Shown here: one piece after another, positions 53,601 to 63,551 of the stretch
How the letters are laid out: each line of letters starts with the position of its first letter
Numbering within the stretch: the stretch's first letter is position 1
IMG/VR virus record: IMGVR_UViG_3300044713_000194
Location: 43,637 to 107,636 of that record
DNA: 64,000 bases
Origin: a virus
Direction: 5' to 3' (one strand)
Notes under the pieces: generated by a model
What the model saw: only the letters and a program-made list of their open reading frames with translations
Databases searched by the model: none
What the model was told of the DNA's origin: nothing
Translations under genes and position numbers: made by a program

Positions 53601-56046
53601 CGCCGATAAGTTCTTCGACCTCAGGGGTTGCTTTCCAGAATGTGATGTAGCCGTCGTCCCGGACATCGACCTGGTGTTGATCCCGCAACCAGTCATTCAA
53701 GTAGTCGAGACGCAGCGAATCGTCGGCCCAGGCCTCATTGAATTCCTGCTCGTCCCCGAGGTATTCACGCAGCCACTCCTTGAATTCCTCACCGGCACGG
53801 GGCTCAATCGCCCTCAACGTCGCAGTCTCAGACGGGCTAGGAGCCCATGCCGCCGCCTTTGGCAGTTCCTTTTTCTTGCCAGGCTTCGGCTTGCCGTCCT
53901 TGTTCGTCAGCAACACAGAGCGATACTGCTCAAAGTTGCGCTCCACCCAATCGACCACGGCCTTAAGACGCTCATTCCGGTATACGGGTTTGCCGTGATC
54001 GTCATCTGGAAGGCACCACCCTTCGTCGCAGTCTGTCACGGCGATAATATCGCGGGCATCGTTACCCCAGAATATGACTTGTGGTTCCGAATCACCATAG
54101 TGGTATACCCGGACGCCGGACGCCCGGAAAATAACGCAGTGTTTTCCATACTTGAAGCCACGGCTGCCGTACGTAAAGTTCCTCACATGCTCCGGAAGAA
54201 ACGCAAAATTGTAGCCTCCCCACTCCTTTGCTCTATCCGGAAGGTTGGTTGTTAGACCAAGGCTGGCCATGTCGCTTACGCCAAATCTAAAACCTTCCTT
54301 GGCGATCGCGTCGGCATTGTCGGAAAAGTGTACCAGCCACTGATTCTTTACAACGCCCCTGTAATCCGAGTGCAGGTATAGCGGGGCCTCTGTCGGATCA
54401 TGCTCCATCAACCAGTCGCCGCCCTCCTCCAAGAAGCCAACCAGTAACGCGTCCGGAACGGCTGAGAAGTCGTCGATATACTCGACATCCTCATCGGGCC
54501 AAAGCGTCGGCACCAGGTCCGGATCGTTTTCCTCCACATATTCCTTGAAATGAAAGGGAGCAGTACGAGCGACTTCTTCGCCTTTATCCCGATCGCTCAT
54601 AGTCATATAGTTTTTGAGCCATACGACGTTATTGGGAATGAACGCCACCTTATCCATTGCCGACGTAGGCTCTGAATCAAGATCCCGGACCACTAGCGCT
54701 GGAAATTCCTTCTTGCCAAGAATGTGGAGAGCGCCGAGGCGATGTGCGCCTTCGAGAATATACGGACCCTTCTCGTCGATGACCACGATCAGCGGATTGA
54801 TCTCATTGGATTCACGGATCGCCTGAGCGAGTAGCCCTGTGCGCTCCATGTCGTCCTTGGCATAGAAAAGGTCACTCGGTGCACTGTCGAAAGCGGACAT
54901 CGGCACAACGCGAATCCCCTTCAACACCTCGTACTCATTGAGGCTGCTGCCAATCGAGGATGTGTTCGGAACGTCCTTGCGCACAAAGAGGCCGTCCACC
55001 ACTGGCTTGGCGGGAGGGTAATCTGCCGATGCGGATTTAGTTCTGCCGATACCCTTGGAGTTTACCACCTCGACTTCGCCGCCGTGAACGCTCTTCCATT
55101 GCCGCCAGAAATCTTCCGGGATCGTGCCGTAATGAAGCACCAGTTCGGCAACCTCTTTTCCATCGACCATCTTGCGAGAGCCGCGCGTCGGAATCTCTAC
55201 GACCGCGAGAATACGATTGGAACCGTGGTAACCAATCGGCGTCGTCACGCGGGCAGTGGCATTGACCTTGTCGTTGGTGTTAGCCAACAGACGAAGCGAG
55301 CGGGTAATAGGCTCAACTGCGCCACGAAACCGTGCCTCTGCCTCATTCACAGTCGGAACCGCCTGGTCGAGGGGTTCGACGGGTGGGTAACTGGATTTAT
55401 CTGTGACGGAATCGTACTCCGACATCACCTGATTCCAGCAGCGTGACCAGTTGTAGGTATCATCCTCCGGATTGCGGAAATGCTGGGTCGCCAGGCGGGT
55501 AAGCGCGGGCAGCCACGCCTGATCGGCCAGTTCTTCAAGCCGTTTGCGGAGATCGGCGTGGAGAGCTTTGTCAGAACCCTGAAATTTGTATTCAACACGA
55601 CGCAAGAAGCGATCGATGTAGGCCGTCCGCATCTCCTGAACCGTGTCGTGCCATTTTCCGTGTGTCGCCGCGACGTAATAGCAGCCAACCTGATAAGAGT
55701 TGTCCGACAACCGAGACAACGCTCCGCTCAGGCTTCCGACGATGTCGTCCTCATCCAGGTACATCGTGTTCGGTTGAAGCTCCATGATCACAACTACGAC
55801 GCTTCCGGTGCTCCTGTCACGCGGTGCTCCCTCCGCTGTCAGCAAATTCTTGCTGACATAGATCCCGCCATAGGAAACGCGACTCGGTGTGTGGATGTTG
55901 GTGTCCTTGTCGCTGTCCCAGTTCTTTTTCTTGACCTCCGGAATTAACCCCTGCGCCAAAATCGAACGCAAGTTCTTAAGACTGGACCCGTGATACCAGA
56001 TTGAACGAGGCGCGGCCTGTTTTGTGGAGACTTCTGACACCTTCAA
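50692..56046 (-). CDS. Second polyvalent multidomain protein: ART-like x3-4, ParB-like, HAD phosphatase, Nudix, GNAT and papain-like modules
   Basis: WYHGSS..GIYVS; EGAHRL; FHHTS..GVYVT; YHAT..NQIKSAIGN; GVDLDDT..DD; GG...SELQEETG; YRGSGLG; GCFDFALAL..H..YYDARG. Confidence 0.85.
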   Translation of the reverse strand: MKVSEVSTKQAAPRSIWYHGSSLKNLRSILAQGLIPEVKKKNWDSDKDTNIHTPSRVSYGGIYVSKNLLTAEGAPRDRSTGSVVVVIMELQPNTMYLDEDDIVGSLSGALSRLSDNSYQVGCYYVAATHGKWHDTVQEMRTAYIDRFLRRVEYKFQGSDKALHADLRKRLEELADQAWLPALTRLATQHFRNPEDDTYNWSRCWNQVMSEYDSVTDKSSYPPVEPLDQAVPTVNEAEARFRGAVEPITRSLRLLANTNDKVNATARVTTPIGYHGSNRILAVVEIPTRGSRKMVDGKEVAELVLHYGTIPEDFWRQWKSVHGGEVEVVNSKGIGRTKSASADYPPAKPVVDGLFVRKDVPNTSSIGSSLNEYEVLKGIRVVPMSAFDSAPSDLFYAKDDMERTGLLAQAIRESNEINPLIVVIDEKGPYILEGAHRLGALHILGKKEFPALVVRDLDSEPTSAMDKVAFIPNNVVWLKNYMTMSDRDKGEEVARTAPFHFKEYVEENDPDLVPTLWPDEDVEYIDDFSAVPDALLVGFLEEGGDWLMEHDPTEAPLYLHSDYRGVVKNQWLVHFSDNADAIAKEGFRFGVSDMASLGLTTNLPDRAKEWGGYNFAFLPEHVRNFTYGSRGFKYGKHCVIFRASGVRVYHYGDSEPQVIFWGNDARDIIAVTDCDEGWCLPDDDHGKPVYRNERLKAVVDWVERNFEQYRSVLLTNKDGKPKPGKKKELPKAAAWAPSPSETATLRAIEPRAGEEFKEWLREYLGDEQEFNEAWADDSLRLDYLNDWLRDQHQVDVRDDGYITFWKATPEVEELIGDLPVTVFHHTSSGLVPQIKREGLRGDVRKSNLYQNSGAGVYVTTEVSGPAVEGYRRNSTQRRKGSPVTLEIHTTLRELLPDPDDADIASGAVQFVLPYVAPKDIVFPKTKKRQAAVAEAEVPVQDITETPQFKAWFSGSKVVDGQGRPMVMYHATQTGDIEEFRPFTHFGTQQAANDRHRDLWNFYNDEIKNPARASGSNIMPVYLSVVHPLRLPDLASLDINTGEPIRERDEDDTNIDEDEQYPRGWESTEAIATTLLEREIIDIDQFEECRDNEDALKLLESMGYDGIVYENVVEDPGNDSWIVFRPNQIKSAIGNSGQFDSNSNKITASVEEPQYKPWIGVDLDDTIAVALDDYSDPTKIGEPIMEMVEKVRTALKNGETIKVFTARMADKENAEKIRAAIGDWTEEFVGTRLDATNEKDPGMVEHWDDKARQVEPGTGMFSVADITIVASRETPAIKVADHYDDNGFWVGEGGGASGILPICKSTRRICLAWRSSEVNQGDCFGTLGGAIQKDKNPSESAMSELQEETGYHGSITLHPAFVFSSGSFKYYNFLGEVAEEFELHPEPGFGWETDHIAWVTFEDLEADIKNNPGDYHSGLVALFTNSYELIRRLTVTEDVNGAKQASAPAISVVSKSDIPALLVAGEQSFPQYANLFRSIIIDATGGDFSHSYVAKDQGKVVGGYILTHRSIYNPEVPATAPYRDLRGVEGVALFVIPEYRGSGLGRRLRAIPLDLGADYVWGQQYADLNNLQNWVNFGRRHLFSVDGVHFTVMDLSDEAKARGIDDELVKTAKYEAWMRPWLAGGCFDFALALKEKFREGVFVSTNQSAYPGHVGLKVGEAYYDARGRLTEAEFLDGIVGAEGIFECPLDTVLLNAGLANSEPPYRTQEMARARVAVLRMLRNLKTAGLSKNPALKPDADYREQSNGWALFPDQRDGAYAGSPVDIMVPAATEDELTPEENWVRNV

Positions 56047-56102
56047 AACCTTCCCTACACAGGATTCTAGTATGCGCTAAATATCAGATGACGTTGGTTT
56101 TC

Positions 56103-56720
56103 CTATCGGCGTTTCTTTACGGGCCGGGCCTTTTTGCCCGAGGTTTTCCGTTTCCCCACCTTGATCGCCTCCTCGGTTCCTTCGCTGCTCACGAAATTGA
56201 ACGGTGGCCCCACACTCATTGAGAATTTAGACGCCGCTTCGAGTGCCCTTCTGATTCTGCGCTTTGCCGGAACAGTCACCGACTGTGCATACATAGCCCC
56301 TTTTGCGATTTCATGGCCGGAACCGATGGCATCGTAGCTGTCGCCGACCACTCCGACCTGGTAATCCCCTTCGACTACATAGAGTTTACCCTTATAGCCG
56401 ACGAGAAAGGTTCCGCCCTCTTCCGTGTTGTCTTCGTTCTTTTTTCCAACACCGGCTGTCATCAAGCATTCGCGAACCGCATTGACAAACAAAGTGACCA
56501 TGTACTCGTAGTCATCCATATCACGTGGATGATCGGGCACACGAAGCTGGTAATGCAGCACCTGTCCCATGCGGAACGAGCCGCAGAATCCGATCACAAA
56601 CGGACCGCGCCGGAATACCTTTTGGTCAAGACGAACTTGCTTCGTGTACCCGTCTGATCCCATGGAATCGCCGCCGATAATTACATCGCCGTTCTCAGCC
56701 ACACCGACAATACAGGTCAC
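56103..56720 (-). CDS. Proteasome-beta/HslV-like Ntn peptidase
   Basis: GTG start gives (M)TCIVG with an N-terminal Thr; GGDS, K, IGFCGS and AIGSG motifs; GGAGG RBS. Confidence 0.8.
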   Translation of the reverse strand: MTCIVGVAENGDVIIGGDSMGSDGYTKQVRLDQKVFRRGPFVIGFCGSFRMGQVLHYQLRVPDHPRDMDDYEYMVTLFVNAVRECLMTAGVGKKNEDNTEEGGTFLVGYKGKLYVVEGDYQVGVVGDSYDAIGSGHEIAKGAMYAQSVTVPAKRRIRRALEAASKFSMSVGPPFNFVSSEGTEEAIKVGKRKTSGKKARPVKKRR

Positions 56721-56722
56721 CC

Positions 56723-57478
56723 TCAACCTCCTTGAGAAAGCCGTTGATCCGCGCGTAGCACCGCCATCTGCTCGCGGTCGTTCAGGTCTGTCCACTGACG
56801 CCCTGGAGCGATCGCCTGAATCAGAGTCTTGAAGCGAGGTTGCTCCATGTACCGGCGACCGGCCTCCCGCAGTTCACTGACGGTTAAAAATCTGCCCGGT
56901 CCTGAAACTTCCGGTGCGTCATCGAATCCCAACTCGATCGCATCGCGCAGAGTGGTCCGTTTTTTGGTCACGGGATCGGTTACGCACAACACGGCGGCCT
57001 TCCTATGTCGATCGGCCTCCTCCATCACTTGCTGCTCGTTTGCTGTCTGTTCCGCGTCCACCATTTCCGCCAGGCGGGCGACCGGAAGCTCCCAGACATC
57101 ACCAACTCGCGATGCCCACCCATCGGGGTAGTGCATTAGATAGCACACCGTGGCCGCATTTTTGGTGTCGAAACCTAGCATCACCTTGACTTCGTCGAAT
57201 GAGCCGTCCTCCTTCAATTGCTCAATAACGTAGGCGGTTGGGGAGTCCTTATCGGGGCCTATATACACGTCGAGGTCTTCTTTATCGCCCGAGGACCGTG
57301 TATCCGGCACATAGCCGTAGTCGGCACGCATTTTCCTGGCCCAGCGCTCACCCTTGGCGTTACGACCCCTTCGTGTGGAGCCTTTGGGGTGCTCGATCAT
57401 TACCGGAATTCCTTGGAAGCTGGACTCCTCTTCACTCGCGATTTGAAACAGGCGGCCACTCAGCATATCGGTCCTCAT
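56723..57478 (-). CDS. Inorganic pyrophosphatase-like (polyvalent-protein type) domain protein
   Basis: IEHPKGSTR...DYGY...DLDVYIG...FDEVKVMLGF. Confidence 0.8.
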   Translation of the reverse strand: MRTDMLSGRLFQIASEEESSFQGIPVMIEHPKGSTRRGRNAKGERWARKMRADYGYVPDTRSSGDKEDLDVYIGPDKDSPTAYVIEQLKEDGSFDEVKVMLGFDTKNAATVCYLMHYPDGWASRVGDVWELPVARLAEMVDAEQTANEQQVMEEADRHRKAAVLCVTDPVTKKRTTLRDAIELGFDDAPEVSGPGRFLTVSELREAGRRYMEQPRFKTLIQAIAPGRQWTDLNDREQMAVLRADQRLSQGG

Positions 57479-57594
57479 AAAAGAGGCCGGTAATTCCAGA
57501 CGCCGTCTAAGCTTCAGTATTTCCTCTTAAGGCGCTTTGTATTTTTGGCCGGTTTTCCGCAGTTAGTACGCCAACTGGACTTTCTATTGCCCTT

Positions 57595-59196
57595 ATGAGC
57601 TTGTTCGTTGGCTCAGATGGAGAGGATTTCTTGAAGAAGAACCGCAAAATCCCATCACCACCCAAATCGAACCCTCAACCACCCAAGACCAATAACGCGC
57701 CGACCCGGGATGAGATCATCGAAGACCTCAAACGGGTTCACGAAGAATTTCCCGAAGCCGCGATTACGCGTAATTTCTACCGCTCTCACGGCAAGTTCGC
57801 CGAAGGCGTTTGGCAGACGTTTTTTGGCCGTTTTTCGGACTTTCGCAAAGCCGCCGGGATGGAGCCAGAACCACCCAAGGCGGCGTACGAAGGGGTTGAT
57901 GTTTCGGACTCGGGGTTGGTTTTCAAGGGCAATTACGTCTACAACGAAAACACCGATACCTACCTTGTGTTCCTCGATCGAGCCGGTAAACGTCTCTCCT
58001 TTGCCGGAGCACAAATGCGGAACATGAAAAACGCCTACTCCAACTGGGACGGCGATCCGCATACAATCAACGAAATGTGTCGGTCTTTTGCGATCCGGAG
58101 GGATTGGTTCCAGGAACTCAAGAGCGTTATGGGCTGGACCCATGATTCCGAGCCTTTCACCGAGGAAGAAGTCCTCGATCGGCCCGAAGAAGACATGGTG
58201 GCTGATGTCTTGCAATCCAAAAAGCAGTCATTGTTCCGCGCAACCGAAAAGGCCAAATGGTTGGAGACGGCTCGCAACGCGGACAAATGGGTCAACTTCG
58301 AGCAGAGCGTTCTCAATCCGCTCATGCTTCACATCGCCGACCACTCCCCTGCATACAAGCCCCCCATGCTAAACATTCGCGCCGCCAACGAGAAAGTCGC
58401 AGTCGTTCTAGCCCCGTTCGATCTGCATTACGGCAAGTTCGGCTGGGCGGATGAGACCGGCGCAAGCTATTCGCGCAAGGAAGCACGCGAGCTTCTGCTG
58501 CATCACACGAATGAGCAGGCTAAGCTGTTCTCGGCCTTCGGACGCCCGGAAAAGATCATCGTGGCATCGGCGTCGGACTACTTCCATGTAGACAACCAGC
58601 AACACACTACAACCAACGGCACCCCTCAAGACGTGGACGGCACACGAGCCCAGATACTGATCGAGGGATGCGAACTGGCCCGCGATCACGCTGAAATGAT
58701 CGCACAGATAGCGCCGGTCGAATGGCTTGGTGTTGCCGGAAATCACGATCAAGACTCGGCACTGACGGTCATGCTTTACCTGAACGCCTGGTACCACAAC
58801 AGCAAGCGTGTCCAGGTGGATGTGTCTCCTGCTTTGCAGCGCTGCACCAGCTACGGTAACTCGGCGCTCGGCTTCTTCCACGGTCACGGCGTCAAGATCG
58901 GTGACCTGCATGCGGTCATGAGTAAAAAATTCCGCGAAATCTGGCGTAAGACCGACCGGCACTACGTCTTCTCCGGCCATCTGCACCACGAGGTGGTGCG
59001 CGAGATCCACGGCATCAAGCACTACCAGGTGTCAAGTCTCGCCGGTGAGGACCGCTATCACGCGAAGAACGGCTACATCACTTCGGATCGCGCTCTCCAG
59101 TCCTACGTTGTCAGCCGGGATCGTGGAGTCATCGCCGAGTTCATTTCGCCGGTCGTTGATTCGAAGGCCGTCACGGGCATCAAGATCACCAAGTGA
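57595..59196 (+). CDS. Calcineurin-like metallophosphoesterase with N-terminal helical repeat
   Basis: DLHYG, SDYFH, GNHD, HGH, GHLHH. Confidence 0.85.
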   Translation: MSLFVGSDGEDFLKKNRKIPSPPKSNPQPPKTNNAPTRDEIIEDLKRVHEEFPEAAITRNFYRSHGKFAEGVWQTFFGRFSDFRKAAGMEPEPPKAAYEGVDVSDSGLVFKGNYVYNENTDTYLVFLDRAGKRLSFAGAQMRNMKNAYSNWDGDPHTINEMCRSFAIRRDWFQELKSVMGWTHDSEPFTEEEVLDRPEEDMVADVLQSKKQSLFRATEKAKWLETARNADKWVNFEQSVLNPLMLHIADHSPAYKPPMLNIRAANEKVAVVLAPFDLHYGKFGWADETGASYSRKEARELLLHHTNEQAKLFSAFGRPEKIIVASASDYFHVDNQQHTTTNGTPQDVDGTRAQILIEGCELARDHAEMIAQIAPVEWLGVAGNHDQDSALTVMLYLNAWYHNSKRVQVDVSPALQRCTSYGNSALGFFHGHGVKIGDLHAVMSKKFREIWRKTDRHYVFSGHLHHEVVREIHGIKHYQVSSLAGEDRYHAKNGYITSDRALQSYVVSRDRGVIAEFISPVVDSKAVTGIKITK

Positions 59197-59210
59197 CTGG
59201 GATGAAACGA

Positions 59211-59243
59211 AATAAAAGGCCGCCTACGGAGGCGGCCTTTTAT
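59211..59243. terminator. Bidirectional intrinsic terminator
   Basis: AATAAAAGGCCGCCT-ACGG-AGGCGGCCTTTTAT between convergent genes. Confidence 0.85.
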
Positions 59244-59275
59244 TTTTTGTGCTGGCTGTGGGCTTATCAGGTACC

Positions 59276-61018
59276 TTACTGGGCAGCGGCAGGGTGCTCT
59301 TCATCGGACAGCGTGGAGTCGTCCGGCTCAGCGGGCTGGGGCAGTTCGATTCCATTTGCTTTTAGAAAGCTCTCCGCCAGTTTTCGGATGTGGTCCTCTT
59401 CGACCTGTAACTTGGATATGAGATCGTCGTTCGGATTGCGAATGCCGTCCAACTGCATTTTCTTGACGCCCACAATGTCACTGATGACCGGGTCCGAGCC
59501 GTACTCGGACAGCAGAAAATACGCCACCACGGGGTGAAGCTGACCATCTCGCGCTATTCGGCCAATGTCTTGTTCATGGACGGCGTATGCCCAGTCGAGT
59601 TCACCAAACACAGCGATCCGGCAGACATGCTGGAGCCCATCAAGCCCAACCCCGGAGCGTAGGCTGATGATCATTACCTGGCTATCGCCTTCGACGAATG
59701 CCTTTTTGGACGCCTCCTTCTGAGTCGGTGATTCGGAGCCCGTGTAAAGGACTGGGTTCAAGTCTTTTAGTTTCTCCAGCCAGATGGTGTAGCATTCGCG
59801 ATGCCAGCCGAAAAGAACGATCTTCTGCTTGCTCTCCTGATGTAGGAGCTTGACGAACTCGGCGACAAACGGGGCCTTGGCAATACCCGTCTGTTGGCGC
59901 ATGCGCATATCAAATTCTCCGCGAGCTTGCATCTTCTGCCCACGGAACTTTTCGGCGTCATCGGCGAGAATGAGTTTGGCCAGTTCGATCGCACGGCCCT
60001 GCATCTTCGAGATGACCTTGGGATCGGCATCAATGTAGTGGGGAACGACTGTGACGGGCGGAAGCTCGCGACCCACCTCAATCGCTGTGCGTCGAAGCAT
60101 AAGCCCCGCCTCGCGCAAATAAAGGCCGAAGCCGACTGGGTCTTCAATTTGCCACTTCCCCTCCCTATTTACACACCACTCGCGCAGAAACTCATCCTCG
60201 GTTCCCAGAGCATCCGGTCTGAGAACATTGATGATGTTGAATATCTCGCTGCCGTAGCCATAGATCGGGGTCGCCGACAGCCCGATCCTAAAGAGAATCT
60301 TCTCGGCCAGGTATCGAGCGGCGGCATATTTGTTCGATTCGGCGCGACGTAATTCGCCGACCTCATCGAATACAAGCGAGCGCATGAGGGGTGCAAGAGT
60401 TTCCGACCACCCGGAGAGCTTGTGATAATTTGCAACGACGACATCCGGAAATCGGCCATCCTTGTTGCGTAGATCGTATGGCGTCCCCTTTTTCAGAATG
60501 TGCACGTTCAGACCGGTGAACCGTTTGATTTCCCCCTCCCATTGCCTAGGAAGATGTGTAAGCGTGGTCACTAAGGAAGGAAGGAGATTGCCGCGCGATA
60601 GACCGCAAATTGCAGAAATCGTCTTGCCCACCCCTACGTCGTCAGCCAGGAGCAACCCCTGCGAGACCATCCACACGTTCGCGGCCATAGTTTGATAGTC
60701 GCGTGGAGGCAGTAGAAGATCGAATGTCTCCGGGGGCGTCAATCCGTCGAGAAGCTTGTTAAGGAGTGTCTCATCGTCCCTGTGCTTGCTTGCAAGGGCC
60801 GAAAGAACATGGGGTTCTTCCACCACCATCGGATACCTGGTGATGAACCATTCAAGATCCCGGCTGTTCTCAGTAGTATCCGACAGCGAGACTTTACCGT
60901 GCTCGCGCACATCGATTTTTCCGAATGCACGCTTGAGCCGCATGATGACATGCGGCTCCGCTTCTATGACCCACTTTTTCTTCTCGGGAAGGTGCCGGAT
61001 TGTGCCGTACGTTCGCAG
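59276..61018 (-). CDS. SNF2-family helicase (probable CTG start at 61018)
   Basis: DDVGVGKT, FDEV, LSATP, GVGLDGLQ, QDIGRIAR. Confidence 0.88.
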   Translation of the reverse strand: MRTYGTIRHLPEKKKWVIEAEPHVIMRLKRAFGKIDVREHGKVSLSDTTENSRDLEWFITRYPMVVEEPHVLSALASKHRDDETLLNKLLDGLTPPETFDLLLPPRDYQTMAANVWMVSQGLLLADDVGVGKTISAICGLSRGNLLPSLVTTLTHLPRQWEGEIKRFTGLNVHILKKGTPYDLRNKDGRFPDVVVANYHKLSGWSETLAPLMRSLVFDEVGELRRAESNKYAAARYLAEKILFRIGLSATPIYGYGSEIFNIINVLRPDALGTEDEFLREWCVNREGKWQIEDPVGFGLYLREAGLMLRRTAIEVGRELPPVTVVPHYIDADPKVISKMQGRAIELAKLILADDAEKFRGQKMQARGEFDMRMRQQTGIAKAPFVAEFVKLLHQESKQKIVLFGWHRECYTIWLEKLKDLNPVLYTGSESPTQKEASKKAFVEGDSQVMIISLRSGVGLDGLQHVCRIAVFGELDWAYAVHEQDIGRIARDGQLHPVVAYFLLSEYGSDPVISDIVGVKKMQLDGIRNPNDDLISKLQVEEDHIRKLAESFLKANGIELPQPAEPDDSTLSDEEHPAAAQ

Positions 61019-61065
61019 CGGTAAAGTACCCCTTAGAGGTAAATACCGATGGCCGGACGCAAATT

Positions 61066-61416
61066 TCAGAAGATGCTATGAAGAAGATGTACAACAAAGA
61101 TCGGCTTTTCGAGAATCGACTCCGGCATTCGATGAATGCTGCGCGTCGTGGCAAGAATCAGGTCTGTGATTCGATCATTGCTGGCGTAGCGCCACAGTTG
61201 GCGCTGAACCGCGTTTGTACCTCCGCCGATCTTGACCTCAATCCCTACGCTTCCACATAAAAAGTCGATGCGGTCTTTGGGGCTCAGACGCACCTCTCTT
61301 TCAAAATGCACATTGTGCAGACGGAGAACCTCTTCGATTTGGTTCTGAAGCGACCGCTCATCCATAAACCGAAACCGCGTCCGATGGATGAGGTTAGCGA
61401 TGGCTCTGGGGTTCAT
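61066..61416 (-). CDS. PD-(D/E)xK nuclease
   Basis: E...REV...RIDF...GIEVK...QLWRYA. Confidence 0.8.
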   Translation of the reverse strand: MNPRAIANLIHRTRFRFMDERSLQNQIEEVLRLHNVHFEREVRLSPKDRIDFLCGSVGIEVKIGGGTNAVQRQLWRYASNDRITDLILATTRSIHRMPESILEKPIFVVHLLHSIF

Positions 61417-62093
61417 CGCGGTTTGCTTGAGATGAAGGCAGCCGCCGTAGCCGGTGGAATAACCTGAGGAAAGCAATATGGGTTCCCGGCGTTCGTTGGG
61501 CTACTGGGAGCCGTCCCGACGTGCACGTTTAAAGGCTCTCCGGTCTCGGTCTCGGTCACAACGCCCCCGACTTTGTCACCGAAACTGATATAGTAAGGTT
61601 CCGGAAGCTTGGCGATCCCGACTGAGGATGGAGTCAAGATCGACTGAGAGGCCATCGAGGCCTGCTTCTCCAGATTGGCCAGCTTTTCGCGCGAGATGAG
61701 GACATCGCCGTCCGGAGACTTGCCGAGGAACGCGAATATGTCATTGGGGATGAATTCATCCGGAGAGTGACCGTAATTATCCGCGCCGGACACCTCGGCC
61801 AGAGCGTTGTACGCGACGATCAAACCCCTGGTCCGGCTAAGCAAATCGTCGAGGCTCTCGCGATCCCACCTCAACCGGGCAACACGAGCCTCAACGGTCT
61901 CCAAGTTGGCGTCGATTTCAGCCCCCAAGTCCTTCCGCGCCTCAACACGAGGATCGGCGAGCTTTGATGGTCCGGCTGTTTGGCCCGCAGAACCCCGACT
62001 TTTTGAGTTGTTCCGGTCAATGTTCGCCGATTTGGCGGTGACCATGCCAGAGTGCTTCTGAGTATGCTTACGGTTTCCTTTGGAATTCGACAT
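61413..62093 (-). CDS. Hypothetical protein
   Basis: AAGGA RBS; ATGA overlap with the nuclease gene. Confidence 0.6.
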   Translation of the reverse strand: MSNSKGNRKHTQKHSGMVTAKSANIDRNNSKSRGSAGQTAGPSKLADPRVEARKDLGAEIDANLETVEARVARLRWDRESLDDLLSRTRGLIVAYNALAEVSGADNYGHSPDEFIPNDIFAFLGKSPDGDVLISREKLANLEKQASMASQSILTPSSVGIAKLPEPYYISFGDKVGGVVTETETGEPLNVHVGTAPSSPTNAGNPYCFPQVIPPATAAAFISSKPR

Positions 62094-62486
62094 GGAGTAA
62101 TCCTTTCCCTCGCTGATCTGCGCCGCGTCTTAGAGCAACTGAGTCTTGAGCGCGGACGTTGGTGGCTGGAAGACCCACCCGTACGCCTGGACGGCTCGAT
62201 ACAAACGGTACAGGTCTTCCATTCCCTTGCTGGTCCGGATCAGGTGACCGACGAGTTGAGCTTCCTCGTGCCGGTCATTCCATCCGGCGATTCTTCGGAT
62301 GATTCCCGTGTAGCAGTTTGCCTACATCCTGAATTGCTGCGTTCGCAAATCGAGGGACTGTATCTTGAGAAGGGCCGCGTACTCATGGACTTCATCGAAG
62401 ACTGGGTGCGGTTCTGGGAGCCTCTTAAGCAAGCCGCGTCCGGGTTCACTGTTTCCCAACTGAATGGGAACTCACTTCTCTAAGAG

Positions 62487-63017
62487 CTAATAGCGGCATC
62501 CAATGTCGTTCTCTACCGGCAGCATCCGGGGCGTCCCCTTACCCTCCGGCAAGAGAACAGCCTCCAGGATCTTCAAGCCATCGTCCAAGTTGTTCACCCT
62601 GAAGCCGGTAACGCCGCGCACCATCGGGTGCTCGTGGAGGTTACCGCCATCCTCAATGACGGTAACGATGACGGGATTCGCCCGCGCCACGCTGGCCCAA
62701 CCAAACTCTATACAGGTACCAACGGACACCGTCTTTGCTCCCAAGAGATAGAACAGTACCGCGTCGGCGCGCATGCAGTCGTACTTGTCCCGGTTCGTAA
62801 TCCCTGCGGTACTGGTTAGCGGGTGACCCTCGTAGGCGTCCTGGATGATGCCGACGCGAGAAAGCTCGGCCTTCTTGGCGCGTAGCGGTGAGATCGCACG
62901 GATCTCCTGCGGGAGGTTAGCGGCGGCGTAATCCCGCCAGTCCTGAGCCTGATCGTAGACCAGGCCGGAAATCGGTCCGGCAAGGTAGACAAGAAAATCA
63001 CGATAGGCCGGTCTCAT
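62487..63017 (-). CDS. Nucleoside 2-deoxyribosyltransferase-like protein
   Basis: VYLAGPI...RD...ADAV...SVGTCIEFGWA. Confidence 0.85.
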   Translation of the reverse strand: MRPAYRDFLVYLAGPISGLVYDQAQDWRDYAAANLPQEIRAISPLRAKKAELSRVGIIQDAYEGHPLTSTAGITNRDKYDCMRADAVLFYLLGAKTVSVGTCIEFGWASVARANPVIVTVIEDGGNLHEHPMVRGVTGFRVNNLDDGLKILEAVLLPEGKGTPRMLPVENDIGCRY

Positions 63018-63295
63018 ACTGATGCCCCCTGGGTCATCTGGATGTCGATGTCAGTCGCGAGGGCGATAAGACGACGGGTGGCGTGAAGGTTTGAGATTTC
63101 ATGGGGAAGATAAGCTCGCCACGTCTGCGTAGCCGCCTGGTACTCCACAATGCCGGTCTGGCCGACAGCAAACAACGTTTGCGAAATCTTCGTCGAAAGC
63201 TGACCTTCGGTTTCGTAATCGAACGGCTGCGTGAGACCGATCTCTTCGCCGGTTGCGATTACGGTTGCCGCGATCCGCACGTTGCATTTATGCAT
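63014..63295 (-). CDS. Small hypothetical protein
   Basis: GAGGG RBS; coupled to the next gene. Confidence 0.6.
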   Translation of the reverse strand: MHKCNVRIAATVIATGEEIGLTQPFDYETEGQLSTKISQTLFAVGQTGIVEYQAATQTWRAYLPHEISNLHATRRLIALATDIDIQMTQGASV

Positions 63296-63551
63296 AAAGT
63301 CCCTCAGGAGGTAATACGGTTACCCGCCTACCTCCCAGGTATTTTGCATAAAATTTTGTTGCCGGGCTCCTTAGGGCTTGAGGAACGGGATCTTGGCGAT
63401 GATGCCGGAGTGCTTCTGCTGCACTTTGATCCCGCCATAGAAGGCCGCAAGAATGACAACAACGTCAAAGCCGAGTTTGAAGAGTGTGAGCATGGAAAAT
63501 ACCTCCACCATGGAGATGAAAGCCGGTTCTCCGACCTTCACCCGTGTTCCA

